Numbered from the stretch's first letter, positions 45,157 to 55,690 are shown. The stretch: 64,000 bases of DNA from Candidatus Dojkabacteria bacterium UBA4813 (GCA_002402455.1 DHFX01000001.1:3358-67357), one strand, 5' to 3'. Notes: generated by a model from the letters alone, not told the origin. A program made the numbers and translations.

Positions 45157-46185
45157 CTAAATTAGTCCTATATATATCCCAACGATGCACGTAAACAGTG
45201 TAAATAACCAGAATCTCATTACTACTTTGTATTGAGGCCATCCGTTTGCTTGAAAGTGGTGGTGTATTGGTGCTATCTTGAAGACCCTCTTTTTTAAAAA
45301 TTTCATACTAAACATCTGTATTGCACTAGATGCCATAATAATCCAAGTTATGGAAGACATTATGAAGTATGGCAAGATATTGTCTGTAACCAAAGCCACA
45401 AAAAACATTGTAAAACCAAGTGGCATAGCACCTGGCCCACCATTCCAGAATCTTGCAGGAGGAATATTAAAGTACAGATCTATGAGTTGAACTCCTAAGA
45501 TTATTGCAAGTATAGGAACGAATTCATATTGACCTTGGATAGTTAGAAGGAATATCATCGCAAGATTTATTATGGTGAATATCCCGATCATTAAACCGTC
45601 TGCTCCGTCTGTTAGTTCCGCAGAATATATAGCAAACTGACCAACAACTGCTGTTATGATTAAGATTATGGGTGTAACGTTGATGGCTACTAAATCTAGT
45701 AAGTTTATTGTGGTTATTTCCCCTGTTTTACTTAGCAAATACATAACTCCAATATTTAGCAATATAGAAAAGGTAAGTTTACCCATTCTCCACTCAAAAG
45801 TTTCTTGAAAAGCTCTTATTTTTTCATTGTTCTTAAATCCGTTTGTAAATACTGCAACATCTATAAATCCCCAGAAACCAAAAAGTGCAAAACCGATTAG
45901 AAAGACTTTAACAATGGGTGTTACTGAAACAAGGGCAAGTGTTAATAATGGAACTAATATCCATATTAAAATTCCTCCCATATTAGGTGTCCCGTTTGTC
46001 AGAGTTGAGTTCATTATTCTCATAAAGAGGCTGTTGTCTCCATCCCCTGCTCCGATCTTTGTTTTCTTAATCCCGCTTACTTGGTTAAATTTATAAAGTA
46101 TTGAGATCATGATCGGGGCAAATATTGCAGAGACAATGGTTGATATAAACAATGCCTCTAAGCTGGTTTTTAATGTATCTGTCAT
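45157..46185 (-). CDS. mraY: Phospho-N-acetylmuramoyl-pentapeptide transferase MraY
   Basis: Ten-TM polyprenyl-phosphate N-acetylhexosamine-1-phosphate transferase family with the Asp-rich cytoplasmic loops (DGADGL) and a His-rich HHHF motif. It sits in the dcw cluster. Confidence 0.8.
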   Translation of the reverse strand: MTDTLKTSLEALFISTIVSAIFAPIMISILYKFNQVSGIKKTKIGAGDGDNSLFMRIMNSTLTNGTPNMGGILIWILVPLLTLALVSVTPIVKVFLIGFALFGFWGFIDVAVFTNGFKNNEKIRAFQETFEWRMGKLTFSILLNIGVMYLLSKTGEITTINLLDLVAINVTPIILIITAVVGQFAIYSAELTDGADGLMIGIFTIINLAMIFLLTIQGQYEFVPILAIILGVQLIDLYFNIPPARFWNGGPGAMPLGFTMFFVALVTDNILPYFIMSSITWIIMASSAIQMFSMKFLKKRVFKIAPIHHHFQANGWPQYKVVMRFWLFTLFTCIVGIYIGLI

Positions 46186-46235
46186 TTGTTATAGAGATAA
46201 GTATATAAGTATAAATATGAACTGTGTATATTATC

Positions 46236-48074
46236 TCAATTAATCTTTTTAATTTCCAGATCGTCTGCAATAGAAAGGAAAATGTCTCTCCACACAGGAA
46301 CGGTTGTTAAACTTGAGAAAGCGGCAGTTTTTGGTTCTTCAAGTTTAACAAGCATAATCATTTTGGGATCATCTGAAGGTGCAAATCCAATAACTGTATC
46401 GTTAGAAAGATCCTCATTATATCCAGTTCCTTCCTTGTTGGGTATCTGGGCAGTTCCTGTTTTAGCGGCCAGGTCATATTCCAGAAGGGGTTTTCCTAAT
46501 GCTGAGAGGGAGTTGTTTTTGACAGCTTTGACTAGTGCCTTAGTTATAATATCGGCAGTTTCTTTTGAAATAGGTTCTGTAATAACTTGTGGAGAGATAT
46601 TAATAACTTCTTTTTCATCACTTATTTGGGAAATTATATATGGTCTCATTCTTACTCCGTCGTTTGCTATTGTGCTAAATGCGGAAATAAGTTGTAGGGG
46701 TGTTGCAGATATTCCTCCCTGTCCGTATGAGGCTGTGATTGTATCTAGCTTTGTCCAAGTTTCTTTCGACTTAAGATAGCTTGTACTTTCTTCTTGTAGT
46801 CCAATACCGATAAATTCCCCAATTCCGAAATCCTTGAGGGAGGAGTAGAATTCATCGAATTCTATATCTAGTGCTACAAGAGCGGCACATGGGTTGTTTG
46901 AGGTTCTAAATATTCCGGATATATCCAAAATTCCTGCAGGTAATCTATTCCAAGTATAGATTCTCTTTCCTTTCAGGTCTGCATATCCTGTAACTTTATA
47001 AAGGTCTAAGTAACCTGTTGCATCGTTGCATATAAAATTTTCATCAATCACATCATTTTCGATTGCAATTGCAAGTGTAATCGGTTTTTGGATGGAACCA
47101 TACTCATAGACATCTGCTACAGCCCTGTTTCTTAATATCCAGGGTTCAGAAACTCTCCAATACTCATTGGGATCATATGTTGGGTAATTTGCCATTGCAA
47201 GTATGGCTCCTGTCTTTGGATCCATTATTATTGCAGAGCCACTTCTTGCTCTACTTTCTCTTACTCCCTTCTCCAATTCCTCCTCTACTTTTGCTTGCAG
47301 ATTCGGGACTATTGTAAGTTTGAAGTCTTTTCCGTTTCTTGGCAATATGGGTTCATATTCTGCTGTAAGGATAACATTCCCGGAGGAATCTTTTTCCTCA
47401 TATGAATACCCTTCTCTTCCGGTTATATCTCCATAATAATATCCCTGGATACCATATTGTCCGACTGGATCACCAAATTCGTCTTGCCCAATGAAACCTA
47501 AAATATGTGCAGCTAACTCGTTGTTAGGGTAAACCCTTTTCTCCTCATTTTCAAAATAGAGGCCAAAACCCTGTGTCCCTGGACCAAAGATTTCGACTTG
47601 TTCTAAAGCCTTTTTCTTTTCTGTTGATACACCCTTAGCAATAGGTGTGTAAACAAAGTCATCTGTTAATTTGGAATCTATCGCTTCTTTTTCAACGCCT
47701 AAAATGGAGGAAACTTCACTTACAAACAGATCTCGATTTTCAAAAAATATAGTTCTTTCATCTTCGTTTTTGCTTAACGATGCATATATATTCCATGCGG
47801 GTTCGTCAACAGCGAGCACGGTATCATCCGATGCAGTAATAACTCCCCTAGGAGCAACTTGAATCCTGTTTGTTTCGTATTGCCCTTGTGCTAGGTTTTT
47901 GAAGTCGTCTGCAAATAGGACTTGCCATCTAAAAATTTGAAATATCACAAGAAATGCTAGCAATGTAATGCCGTACCCCACATAAGTAATATTTAAACCT
48001 CCGGAGCTTTTTCTCTTTTTTGAGGACTTGCTTCTTTTAGTTTGTGTGGAATAAAGATGATTAAGGCTGGACAT
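46236..48074 (-). CDS. ftsI: Class B penicillin-binding protein (FtsI/PBP2-type transpeptidase)
   Basis: N-terminal TM, dimerisation domain, SxxK (GSIQKP) and KTGT (AKTGTAQ). It lies between ftsL and mraY. Confidence 0.85.
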   Translation of the reverse strand: MSSLNHLYSTQTKRSKSSKKRKSSGGLNITYVGYGITLLAFLVIFQIFRWQVLFADDFKNLAQGQYETNRIQVAPRGVITASDDTVLAVDEPAWNIYASLSKNEDERTIFFENRDLFVSEVSSILGVEKEAIDSKLTDDFVYTPIAKGVSTEKKKALEQVEIFGPGTQGFGLYFENEEKRVYPNNELAAHILGFIGQDEFGDPVGQYGIQGYYYGDITGREGYSYEEKDSSGNVILTAEYEPILPRNGKDFKLTIVPNLQAKVEEELEKGVRESRARSGSAIIMDPKTGAILAMANYPTYDPNEYWRVSEPWILRNRAVADVYEYGSIQKPITLAIAIENDVIDENFICNDATGYLDLYKVTGYADLKGKRIYTWNRLPAGILDISGIFRTSNNPCAALVALDIEFDEFYSSLKDFGIGEFIGIGLQEESTSYLKSKETWTKLDTITASYGQGGISATPLQLISAFSTIANDGVRMRPYIISQISDEKEVINISPQVITEPISKETADIITKALVKAVKNNSLSALGKPLLEYDLAAKTGTAQIPNKEGTGYNEDLSNDTVIGFAPSDDPKMIMLVKLEEPKTAAFSSLTTVPVWRDIFLSIADDLEIKKIN

Positions 48075-48388
48075 TATTGTCTTTCAGCTATAACACCTGA
48101 ATCTTCTATATATATAATTACCCTTTCGGCATCTGAGGAGATATTTAATTTCTTGTTTGCAAGTTGTCTTATAACCATAATTGAATTTGTTTTTGCTATT
48201 TCCTCTTCCATTGAACGATTTTCCTCGACCAGATAGTTTTTTTCACTATTTAAGCTCTCTAGTTCCAAACCAAGTGGTGTAATAATAGAGTTTATGGCAA
48301 GTTGTGAGATAGTAAAAACAGCTAAAGTTCCAAGAAATATTGCTATTGGTAAATTTCTGTTTTTAAAATTTTGGGGTAGGTTGTTCAT
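48074..48388 (-). CDS. ftsL: Cell division protein FtsL-like (bitopic, coiled coil)
   Basis: 104 aa with a TM helix and a short coiled coil, in the conserved position between rsmH and ftsI. Confidence 0.5.
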   Translation of the reverse strand: MNNLPQNFKNRNLPIAIFLGTLAVFTISQLAINSIITPLGLELESLNSEKNYLVEENRSMEEEIAKTNSIMVIRQLANKKLNISSDAERVIIYIEDSGVIAERQ

Positions 48389-48411
48389 TTTCCTTAAAGA
48401 CTTAATATAAT

Positions 48412-49308
48412 CTAAGGTTTCTTGATTTTTATAAGTGTTCTTAACTTGGCGGAAGCGGATCTAGGGTTGTGCTTTTTTTCGTCATCGGTTGGGGCAATTT
48501 GACTTTTAAAAAGCATCTCCCCTTCTCCGCTTCCCTGTTTTTCTAAAAAGAATTTTTTTACTATTCGATCTTCTAGGGAATGGAAGGATATTACAGATAT
48601 TCTTCCTCCTTTTTGTAAGATCTCAAACGAATTGTCTAACCCGATTTTAAGATTGTTAAGCTCATCATTTACCACAATTCGCAGAGCCTGAAAGACTCTG
48701 CGAGAAGGGTTCTTATTTGAGTTAACCGGTACGACTTTGTAAACAAGTCGTGTGAGATCTCCCACAGTTTTGATATCAGAAATATTCTTTTTAATTTCTC
48801 TGGCTATTGATTTGGAATATCTTTCTTCTCCATATCTCCAGAAAAGGGTTGCAAGTTCTTTCTCAGGTAGGACTTTAAGTAAATCTAGAGCACTAACTCC
48901 AAGAGTTAAGTCCATTCTCATATCGAGTGGCTCATCTTCTTCATTGTAACTGAAGCCTCTCTGGTGAGATTCTTCCAGTTGTCTGGAAGATAATCCTAGG
49001 TCCATTAGTATTCCTAATGGTTTTCTATCGATTTCTTTAGTGAGTTCCTTGATGTCTTTAAAATTTCCTCTTTTAATGATCCAATTATCATGATTATTAA
49101 TCTCGTCTTTGTAATATTCTTTGACGAAATCAACAGCATGTTGATCATAATCGAGGCTCAACAGTAGTCCTTCTGGAGAGAGTTTGTTGAGTATTTCTAT
49201 ACTGTGTCCACCATCACCTAGTGTACAATCTATGTAGAAACCATCAGGTTGGATGTTTAGGGAATCTATACTTTCTTTTAGTAATACTGGAGTGTGTATC
49301 TTATCCAT
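48412..49308 (-). CDS. rsmH: 16S rRNA (cytosine1402-N4)-methyltransferase RsmH (MraW)
   Basis: HTPVLLKESIDSLNIQPDGFYIDCTLGDGGHS and DLGLSSRQL are present. Confidence 0.9.
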   Translation of the reverse strand: MDKIHTPVLLKESIDSLNIQPDGFYIDCTLGDGGHSIEILNKLSPEGLLLSLDYDQHAVDFVKEYYKDEINNHDNWIIKRGNFKDIKELTKEIDRKPLGILMDLGLSSRQLEESHQRGFSYNEEDEPLDMRMDLTLGVSALDLLKVLPEKELATLFWRYGEERYSKSIAREIKKNISDIKTVGDLTRLVYKVVPVNSNKNPSRRVFQALRIVVNDELNNLKIGLDNSFEILQKGGRISVISFHSLEDRIVKKFFLEKQGSGEGEMLFKSQIAPTDDEKKHNPRSASAKLRTLIKIKKP

Positions 49309-49744
49309 TCTTCTCGCTTTTCATTTTACCTATCTCTTGTGCTATCTCTTCTCCATGGTCTCTAAGGTATTTTAATCTCTCTTCCCATTTTGTTTTGTCC
49401 CATACCTCTACCCAGTTCACAAGTCCGATAAATACAACCTCCTCTTTTAATCCTGCATGTTCTAGTAGTGATTGAGGAATTACAAACCTCCCTTGATTAT
49501 CAAGCTCTATCTCCTTTGCTCCTCCTACAAGAAATCTACTTGTATCTCTGATATCTTTATTTATAAAAGAGCCATTCATTACTTCTTGAGCTACTTTCTT
49601 CCACAACTTCTCATTAACTATTATTAACGCTTGTTCGTAGCCTCTTGTTAGTATTAGGTTTTCACCCAATATCTCTCTAAACTTTTTTGGAAGTGATACT
49701 CTTTTCTTTTTTCCTAGTGTACTTCTGTACTCTCCTATTAGCAT
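49301..49744 (-). CDS. mraZ: Transcriptional regulator MraZ
   Basis: Duplicated SpoVT/AbrB-like halves (RVSLPKKFRE; GRFVIPQSL). It is the first gene of the dcw cluster. Confidence 0.9.
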   Translation of the reverse strand: MLIGEYRSTLGKKKRVSLPKKFREILGENLILTRGYEQALIIVNEKLWKKVAQEVMNGSFINKDIRDTSRFLVGGAKEIELDNQGRFVIPQSLLEHAGLKEEVVFIGLVNWVEVWDKTKWEERLKYLRDHGEEIAQEIGKMKSEKNG

Positions 49745-49764
49745 ATTTTTACTATATCATCTTT

Positions 49765-49790
49765 CACCACTTTTTACCACTTCGTGCCAC
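49765..49790 (-). promoter_or_regulatory. Three direct repeats GTGG(T/C)(G/A) at 10-bp spacing upstream of mraZ; candidate MraZ operator
   Basis: Plus strand reads CACCAC-tttt-TACCAC-ttcg-TGCCAC (49765-49790), which is GTGGCA/GTGGTA/GTGGTG on the mraZ strand. They lie 21-46 nt upstream of the mraZ start. Confidence 0.45.
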
Positions 49791-49945
49791 TAATTTAACA
49801 TTAGAGGTCAATTAGGTCAAGTGAAGATAACTACAGGCTCAAATACAATTCTCTAGGCTATTAAGCTTTGCTAACGGAAAAAACTTATTGCAAATATTTT
49901 AAATAACCTTTATATTAAAGAAGGATTAAGTTGATGCAATAAGCT

Positions 49946-51331
49946 ATGAAGATAGAATTAAAAGAGATACAGAAGAGATTTCCGGAATTTGATATTCGTA
50001 ATTACAGAGAGGATGTTTATTTTACCGGTTTTAGTCATGATTCAAGAACTATAAAGAAAGGAGAGTTGTTTATCCCCATTGTCGGAGAGAATTTTGATGG
50101 GCATGAATTTATTTTGGAAGCTTTTGAAAATGGTGCTTCAGTAGCACTTTGTGATAAGAGTAAATACGATGCTGAGAGTATGAATGTTAATCTCCCTATT
50201 ATATTGGTTGACAGTATAGAGGAAGGATTGATGAAAGTTCTTAATTATTCCATATCTTACATAACAGCCCCGATAGTTGCTATCACCGGAAGTACTGGAA
50301 AGACAACAACTAAACAGATGTTGGTAACGATCTTTAAGCAACAGAAGAAAGTTTTGTATGGAAATAAATCTAATACCGTTTGGGGGAATGCAGTTATTCT
50401 CGGTCAATATGAGGATCATGAGGTGATTGTATTGGAATGTGGTATGGATAGAAAGGGTGAAATAGCATGGCATGTAAACTCTATAGATCCGGATTTAGGT
50501 ATTCTGTTAAACATAGGGCATGTTCATGCAGAGAAAGTCGGGAGTATAGAGGATATTTATCATGAGAAAAAGGATTTGGCAGATTATATGGAAAAGACAG
50601 GCAAACCGTTGGTATTAAATGTAGATGATGAGTGGTTGGCCAAGATAGAAAAAGAATATAACGAGGATTCCGAACTTATAACCTTTGGAACGAGAGAAAA
50701 TGTGGACTTCCAAATTGTGGATCCTAAGGTAGATAGTTTCGGTACTCACTTTGCATTCAAATATTATGACAACAAAATGGATGTGAACCTTAAAGTCTTT
50801 GGGGAGGGTTATGCCTATGATGCTATGGCGGCAATAATTGCGGCAAACAGATTAGGAGTACCAATAGATACCTGTATTAAGGGAGTTCAACTTTTTGAAA
50901 ATAGTGAAGGGAGATTTGAAACACTAGAATACAAAAATAATACCATAATTGTCAATGATGCTTATAACGCAAATCCCACATCCATGGATATGGCACTAAA
51001 AACATTTGATCGTCTTTATGGAGGTGCGGATTATTACAAAATAGTCATACTGGGAGATATGAGAGAGCTAGGAGAAGTCTCTGCTGAGAAACATAGGGAA
51101 CTTGGAGAGAAAGTTAAGAGCTACAATTTTGATGAGGTTTACTATGTCGGGCAGATGTTTGATGAATTTGGTGTAGGTGAGAGATTAGAATCAGCTGATG
51201 AGGTTGCTGCAATGCTGAATGTAAAATTAGAAACATTAAAGGAGAGAAAAGTTGCTATTCTTCTTAAGGCAAGTAACAGTATTTGTCTATATCTAGTTCC
51301 TGATTTCTTAAAGAAATTGGGAAGCGTATAG
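49946..51331 (+). CDS. murF: UDP-N-acetylmuramoyl-tripeptide--D-alanyl-D-alanine ligase MurF
   Basis: The N-terminal DSR...GELFIPIVGENFDGHEF is the MurF pattern. The Mur ligase P-loop ITGSTGKTTTKQML is present. Confidence 0.8.
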   Translation: MKIELKEIQKRFPEFDIRNYREDVYFTGFSHDSRTIKKGELFIPIVGENFDGHEFILEAFENGASVALCDKSKYDAESMNVNLPIILVDSIEEGLMKVLNYSISYITAPIVAITGSTGKTTTKQMLVTIFKQQKKVLYGNKSNTVWGNAVILGQYEDHEVIVLECGMDRKGEIAWHVNSIDPDLGILLNIGHVHAEKVGSIEDIYHEKKDLADYMEKTGKPLVLNVDDEWLAKIEKEYNEDSELITFGTRENVDFQIVDPKVDSFGTHFAFKYYDNKMDVNLKVFGEGYAYDAMAAIIAANRLGVPIDTCIKGVQLFENSEGRFETLEYKNNTIIVNDAYNANPTSMDMALKTFDRLYGGADYYKIVILGDMRELGEVSAEKHRELGEKVKSYNFDEVYYVGQMFDEFGVGERLESADEVAAMLNVKLETLKERKVAILLKASNSICLYLVPDFLKKLGSV

Positions 51332-51357
51332 AGAAACTATATATCTAAATGTTTTTA

Positions 51358-52650
51358 CTACTCTACCCACTCTAAATCTGCACCCAGAGCGTTTAAGTTT
51401 TCAATGAAGTTAGGGTGAGCCCTTTTTATACTGTCAGAATTTCTAATAACACTCTCCCCTTCTATTGTAAGTGCAACCATCAGTAATGCTACTGTTGCCC
51501 TTATAATATTGGGGGCATCTACAGTTGCTTCTCTTAGTGGTTTGTTACCGTAAACAATAATCCTGTGTGGGTCACACATAACAACATGTGCTCCGAATTT
51601 AATAAGTTCCGGAATCCAGAAGAAACCTCCTTCGTAAAGTTTGTTCCAGAACATTATTGATCCCTCGGATTTAACTGCAAGAGCTACCATTAAAGGTAGT
51701 AAATCTGCCGGAAAATATGGCCATGGTGCTGCCTCTAACTTCTGTAACATGTTTTTAGTGTAGGGCTGTAATATTTCAAGTTTTTGATTCTCTCTCACAA
51801 CAGCGGTATCTCCCTCATAGGCAATTTCTACGTTAAACTTTTTGAAAGTCTTTACTATTAAAGGAAAATGTTGTGGTTCGGATTCCTCTACTTTAATTTC
51901 TCCTCCTGTCATTGCACCCAAAGCAAGTAAGGTTGTGATTTCATGATGGTCTGAACTAATAGTAAAGTCTGCTCCATGTAATTTCCCCCCACCTTTAACA
52001 GTTAGTTTAGAGGTTCCTATTCCTTCGATTTCTGCTCCCATTTTAACCAACAAATTACATAGATCCTGAACATGCGGTTCGGATGCTGCATTAACCATTG
52101 TAGAGACCCCCTTGGCATAAACAGCCGCCATTACAAAGTTTTCTGTTGTTGTTACACTCATGTAATCTTGCCAGAGGAATCCACCTTTTAGTCCACCTCG
52201 TGTATCTATTTTAAGAGATCCGTTGGTAGCAATTTTAGCCCCAAGATTTTCCAAAACCTCCAAGTGAGGATCTAACTCTCTGATTCCAAGTGTGCATCCA
52301 CCTATTTCCTGAGTTACCTCAATATAACCGGCTCTTGCAATTAGTGGTCCTAGAAGTAAGATAGCCCCTCTCATTCCAAGAGGAAAATTCTCTTTTCCGA
52401 AATTTTTGTCAACAGAAGAGTTATTAATTTTAATAACCTTTTCTTCTTTATCCCATTCAATTTTTGATCCCATTGATATAAGCAATTCCACTAACTTATT
52501 TACATCTGTTAAATCCGGGAAGTTTCTGAGTATTACATCGTCATCCGTAAGCAAAGTTGCACATAAAGCCGGAAGCGCAGAATTTTTGTTTCCTGCAGGG
52601 GTAAGTGTGCCACTTAATTTATTTCCTCCTCGTACTATTAAGTCTGCCAT
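51358..52650 (-). CDS. murA: UDP-N-acetylglucosamine 1-carboxyvinyltransferase MurA
   Basis: LIVRGGNKLSGTLTPAGNKNSALPAL with the active-site Cys region, and an EPSP-synthase-like fold repeat. Confidence 0.9.
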   Translation of the reverse strand: MADLIVRGGNKLSGTLTPAGNKNSALPALCATLLTDDDVILRNFPDLTDVNKLVELLISMGSKIEWDKEEKVIKINNSSVDKNFGKENFPLGMRGAILLLGPLIARAGYIEVTQEIGGCTLGIRELDPHLEVLENLGAKIATNGSLKIDTRGGLKGGFLWQDYMSVTTTENFVMAAVYAKGVSTMVNAASEPHVQDLCNLLVKMGAEIEGIGTSKLTVKGGGKLHGADFTISSDHHEITTLLALGAMTGGEIKVEESEPQHFPLIVKTFKKFNVEIAYEGDTAVVRENQKLEILQPYTKNMLQKLEAAPWPYFPADLLPLMVALAVKSEGSIMFWNKLYEGGFFWIPELIKFGAHVVMCDPHRIIVYGNKPLREATVDAPNIIRATVALLMVALTIEGESVIRNSDSIKRAHPNFIENLNALGADLEWVE

Positions 52651-52677
52651 TTTAAGTTAAAATAAACTTAATTACCT

Positions 52678-53859
52678 TCATATTCCAATCTCTTTTAGTA
52701 TTTTTTCTTGAGCATTTCTTACGAAGATATTTTCAATTTCTGAAGGATCATAATTTTTCTCCTTTTCGTAAAATCTTCTCATTTTTAATACTAAATTCTC
52801 CGGAGTCAATTCCCCTTCGTTTAATATTTCTGCAAGACCGAGTCTTTGTAAGATTTTAGCATTTTCTTCCTGTTCATTGTGTGTTACCCAGGGGATAGGG
52901 ATAAATATTGATGGTATTTGTAAAACTCCCATCTCGTAAACGGTATTAGCTCCGGATCTTCCTACAAAAAAATCTATATTATTCAAAACAAAACCAATTT
53001 CGTTATTTTCAATATATTTAACTGGGAAAAAGCGATCTCTAAGATTTAGGCTAAGTTTCTTTTTCTCTTTTACTAAAAGTTCAAAGTCGCTAAATTCTTT
53101 GTTATCTCCTGTTTGAAGGATTATTTGAAAATCTTGTAATAGGGACGGCAGTGCCTCTTTGACTGTTCTGTTTAGTATGTGTGATCCAAGGCTTCCACCG
53201 GAGATGTAGACTATCGGGAGGTCTTCCTGCAAAATAAGCATTTTTTTTAATGCTTCTGCTACATTTCCTTTGCAACTTTTGGAAAATATTTCCGGTCTTA
53301 TTAAATTTCCTGTGTGGATCGTTTTTCCCTTAGGAAAGTATTTCTTTGAAGAAGGAAAGGCAACAAAGATTTTTTCACAGTATCTAGATACAATTTTATT
53401 AGATAATCCGACGGTTGCGGTTTGTTCATGCAGATAGATTTTACTGCCCAACATCTTCGCAGTAAGGCAAACAGGAACGGAAACAAACCCACCTGTAGAG
53501 AGGACAATGTCCGGTTTGAAATCTCTCAGAATTTTACATGAGTCTATAAAGCCAAGAAATGTCCTTAGTAAAAGGAAAATCCCGTGGATAGAGAAACTCC
53601 TTTGGAGTTTTCCTGCTCTAATATATTTTTTGTTGAAAGATTCGTTGGCAAAGATTTTTTGTTCTAGTGAATTCCCCGGTTTTTCATTTGTCATTCCTAA
53701 GTCTCCCCCTATGTAGAGGAAGTTGTTATTATTGATTTCGTAATTGTTTTTTAGTGTAGAGATTATTGCAGAAGCTGTGGAAATATGTCCTCCGGATCCC
53801 CCTCCGGTTACCACGATTTTTGTTTTTAGCCGTATTTTCTCTATTTCACTATTTTCCAT
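52678..53859 (-). CDS. murG: Undecaprenyldiphospho-muramoylpentapeptide beta-N-acetylglucosaminyltransferase MurG
   Basis: The GT28 N-terminal VVTGGGSGGHISTASAI is present. It is adjacent to ftsW. Confidence 0.8.
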   Translation of the reverse strand: MENSEIEKIRLKTKIVVTGGGSGGHISTASAIISTLKNNYEINNNNFLYIGGDLGMTNEKPGNSLEQKIFANESFNKKYIRAGKLQRSFSIHGIFLLLRTFLGFIDSCKILRDFKPDIVLSTGGFVSVPVCLTAKMLGSKIYLHEQTATVGLSNKIVSRYCEKIFVAFPSSKKYFPKGKTIHTGNLIRPEIFSKSCKGNVAEALKKMLILQEDLPIVYISGGSLGSHILNRTVKEALPSLLQDFQIILQTGDNKEFSDFELLVKEKKKLSLNLRDRFFPVKYIENNEIGFVLNNIDFFVGRSGANTVYEMGVLQIPSIFIPIPWVTHNEQEENAKILQRLGLAEILNEGELTPENLVLKMRRFYEKEKNYDPSEIENIFVRNAQEKILKEIGI

Positions 53860-55039
53860 TTGTTGTGTATTTACTTATATTGAGTAGTATAGCAATTCCG
53901 GCTAGTGTTACGATAGTGCTAGATCCTCCGTATGTTAAGAAAGGATTTGGTATTCCTGTTAGTGGAATGAGGCCAACATTTGCAGCCATGTTCATAAGTG
54001 CTTGCAAAACAAGCCATATTGTTATTCCTGCAGCGAGTAATTGGCCTTGTTTGTCCGGAGCGTTGATAGCTATTTTAAGACCTCTCCATAAAAAGAATAC
54101 CCAAGAGAGGATAATTACTGTCCCTCCAAGTAGTCCCAATTCCTCTAGAATTACTGCAAACAGGGAGTCTGTGAAGGCAGTATTTTCAACTAGATAGCCA
54201 AATCTCTGTCGTGATTGCCCAAATCCTTTTCCAAGGATTCCTCCTGAACCAATTCCTATTAGAATTTGCTGCATTTGGTAACCGGCTCCTCTAGGATCTG
54301 AGACTTCTCCTGTAAAAAGGAGTGAAAAATATGTTTTAACTCTTTGTAATCTGTACGGTTCTAGGATTGCAGCGGCAACTCCTAGTAGAAATAACAGGGC
54401 AAGAACGGAAAGAGATCCGATTGTGTGTGCTTTACTTCCTCCTGCGATTAAGAACATGATGTAGGATGTAGCACATATAATAATCGTAGTTCCCAAATCC
54501 GGTTCGAGTATTATTAAGAAGGCGACAATCCCTAAGATTGCAACGAAACTCAGTAATTCATTCCATAATCCGTTGTTAAATGCCTCTTTTAAGTTTTTGT
54601 AGTCGTAATTTTTTTTAGCAAGCCAAGAGGAGAGGTACATTATGAGGGCAACCTTAGCAAACTCTGCAGGTTGTATATCTATCGGTCCGATGGCTATCCA
54701 TCTGGTTGCTCCGTTTACTTCTTTCCCCAAAAGTAATACTGCAAGAAGTAAACCTATTGTTACAATGAGCAAAGGTAAAGAAAGTTTAAGAAACTTTCTG
54801 TAGTCCCAGAAATAGATTAGGAATGCAGGGACTAGCCCAATTATTAGCCAAATAATCTGTTGTCTTAGGAAATAAAATTGATCCCCCCACTCTGCTGTTG
54901 CTCTATAAACACTTGCATCAAAAATCATTATTGCTCCAAATATTGCCATTAGGATGGCAAAGTAAAGGATTGTTTTATCGGGTTTATGCTTTGTTAGTGA
55001 AGATCTCTTTTTTCGATCTGATTTGTTTTCTCTCGACAT
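53849..55039 (-). CDS. ftsW: SEDS-family peptidoglycan polymerase FtsW/RodA
   Basis: Ten-TM SEDS pattern with conserved loops (PAEFAK, GIPNPFLTYGGSS). Its position next to murG favours FtsW. Confidence 0.8.
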   Translation of the reverse strand: MSRENKSDRKKRSSLTKHKPDKTILYFAILMAIFGAIMIFDASVYRATAEWGDQFYFLRQQIIWLIIGLVPAFLIYFWDYRKFLKLSLPLLIVTIGLLLAVLLLGKEVNGATRWIAIGPIDIQPAEFAKVALIMYLSSWLAKKNYDYKNLKEAFNNGLWNELLSFVAILGIVAFLIILEPDLGTTIIICATSYIMFLIAGGSKAHTIGSLSVLALLFLLGVAAAILEPYRLQRVKTYFSLLFTGEVSDPRGAGYQMQQILIGIGSGGILGKGFGQSRQRFGYLVENTAFTDSLFAVILEELGLLGGTVIILSWVFFLWRGLKIAINAPDKQGQLLAAGITIWLVLQALMNMAANVGLIPLTGIPNPFLTYGGSSTIVTLAGIAILLNISKYTTNGK

Positions 55040-55069
55040 AATATGATTATTAATATACTATATTAACAT

Positions 55070-55690
55070 ATGGAGAGAAAGGAGAGAGAAAGTTCTAAGG
55101 GGTATCTTCTTGTGGTTGGTGGCCCAGGAGGTTCGGGATGTTCCGTAATTTCCAGAATGCTTGCAAAACATTTTAATCTCAGGTTGGTTTACGCAGGGAA
55201 ATTCTTTAGGGATGCTGTTAAGAAAAGGGGGTATGAGGATTTTGAGGATTTTTATACTGGTAGTAATAAGGAGAGTCTTTTAGATATTGACCGTGAGGTG
55301 GACAGGTACCTTATTCAGGAATCAAATGGAAAGGATTTAATATTTGACTCAAAAGCATTTGCAGGAATCTCACATATTAAGGATATTCCGTGTACTGTAA
55401 AAATCTGGTTAACGGCTTCTTTGCATGTTAGAACACTGAGGCATATGGGCAAGCAGGATCTAACAGGAAAGGGCTTTTTAAAGAAGTTTGTAATTTACAT
55501 AAAGGAAAGAAGGAATCTGAAGAAAAGGTGGAGATCAGATAAAGAGAGATACCTTAAGTTGTACGGTATAGATTACGCTAAACCGCAGTTATATAATGAT
55601 ATTGTTATTGACTCTTCCCACATCAATGAGGAGGAGACATTTAATTTAATTTTAAAGAAGTTAGAGAATGGACAATATCTTAAAAAATAA
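55070..55690 (+). CDS. P-loop nucleotide kinase, cytidylate-kinase-like (archaeal-type Cmk family)
   Basis: YLLVVGGPGGSGCSVISRMLAKHFNLRLVYAGKFFR aligns with archaeal-type CMP kinase N-termini (GxPGSGxSTV..LA..L......AG..FR). Confidence 0.5.
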   Translation: MERKERESSKGYLLVVGGPGGSGCSVISRMLAKHFNLRLVYAGKFFRDAVKKRGYEDFEDFYTGSNKESLLDIDREVDRYLIQESNGKDLIFDSKAFAGISHIKDIPCTVKIWLTASLHVRTLRHMGKQDLTGKGFLKKFVIYIKERRNLKKRWRSDKERYLKLYGIDYAKPQLYNDIVIDSSHINEEETFNLILKKLENGQYLKK

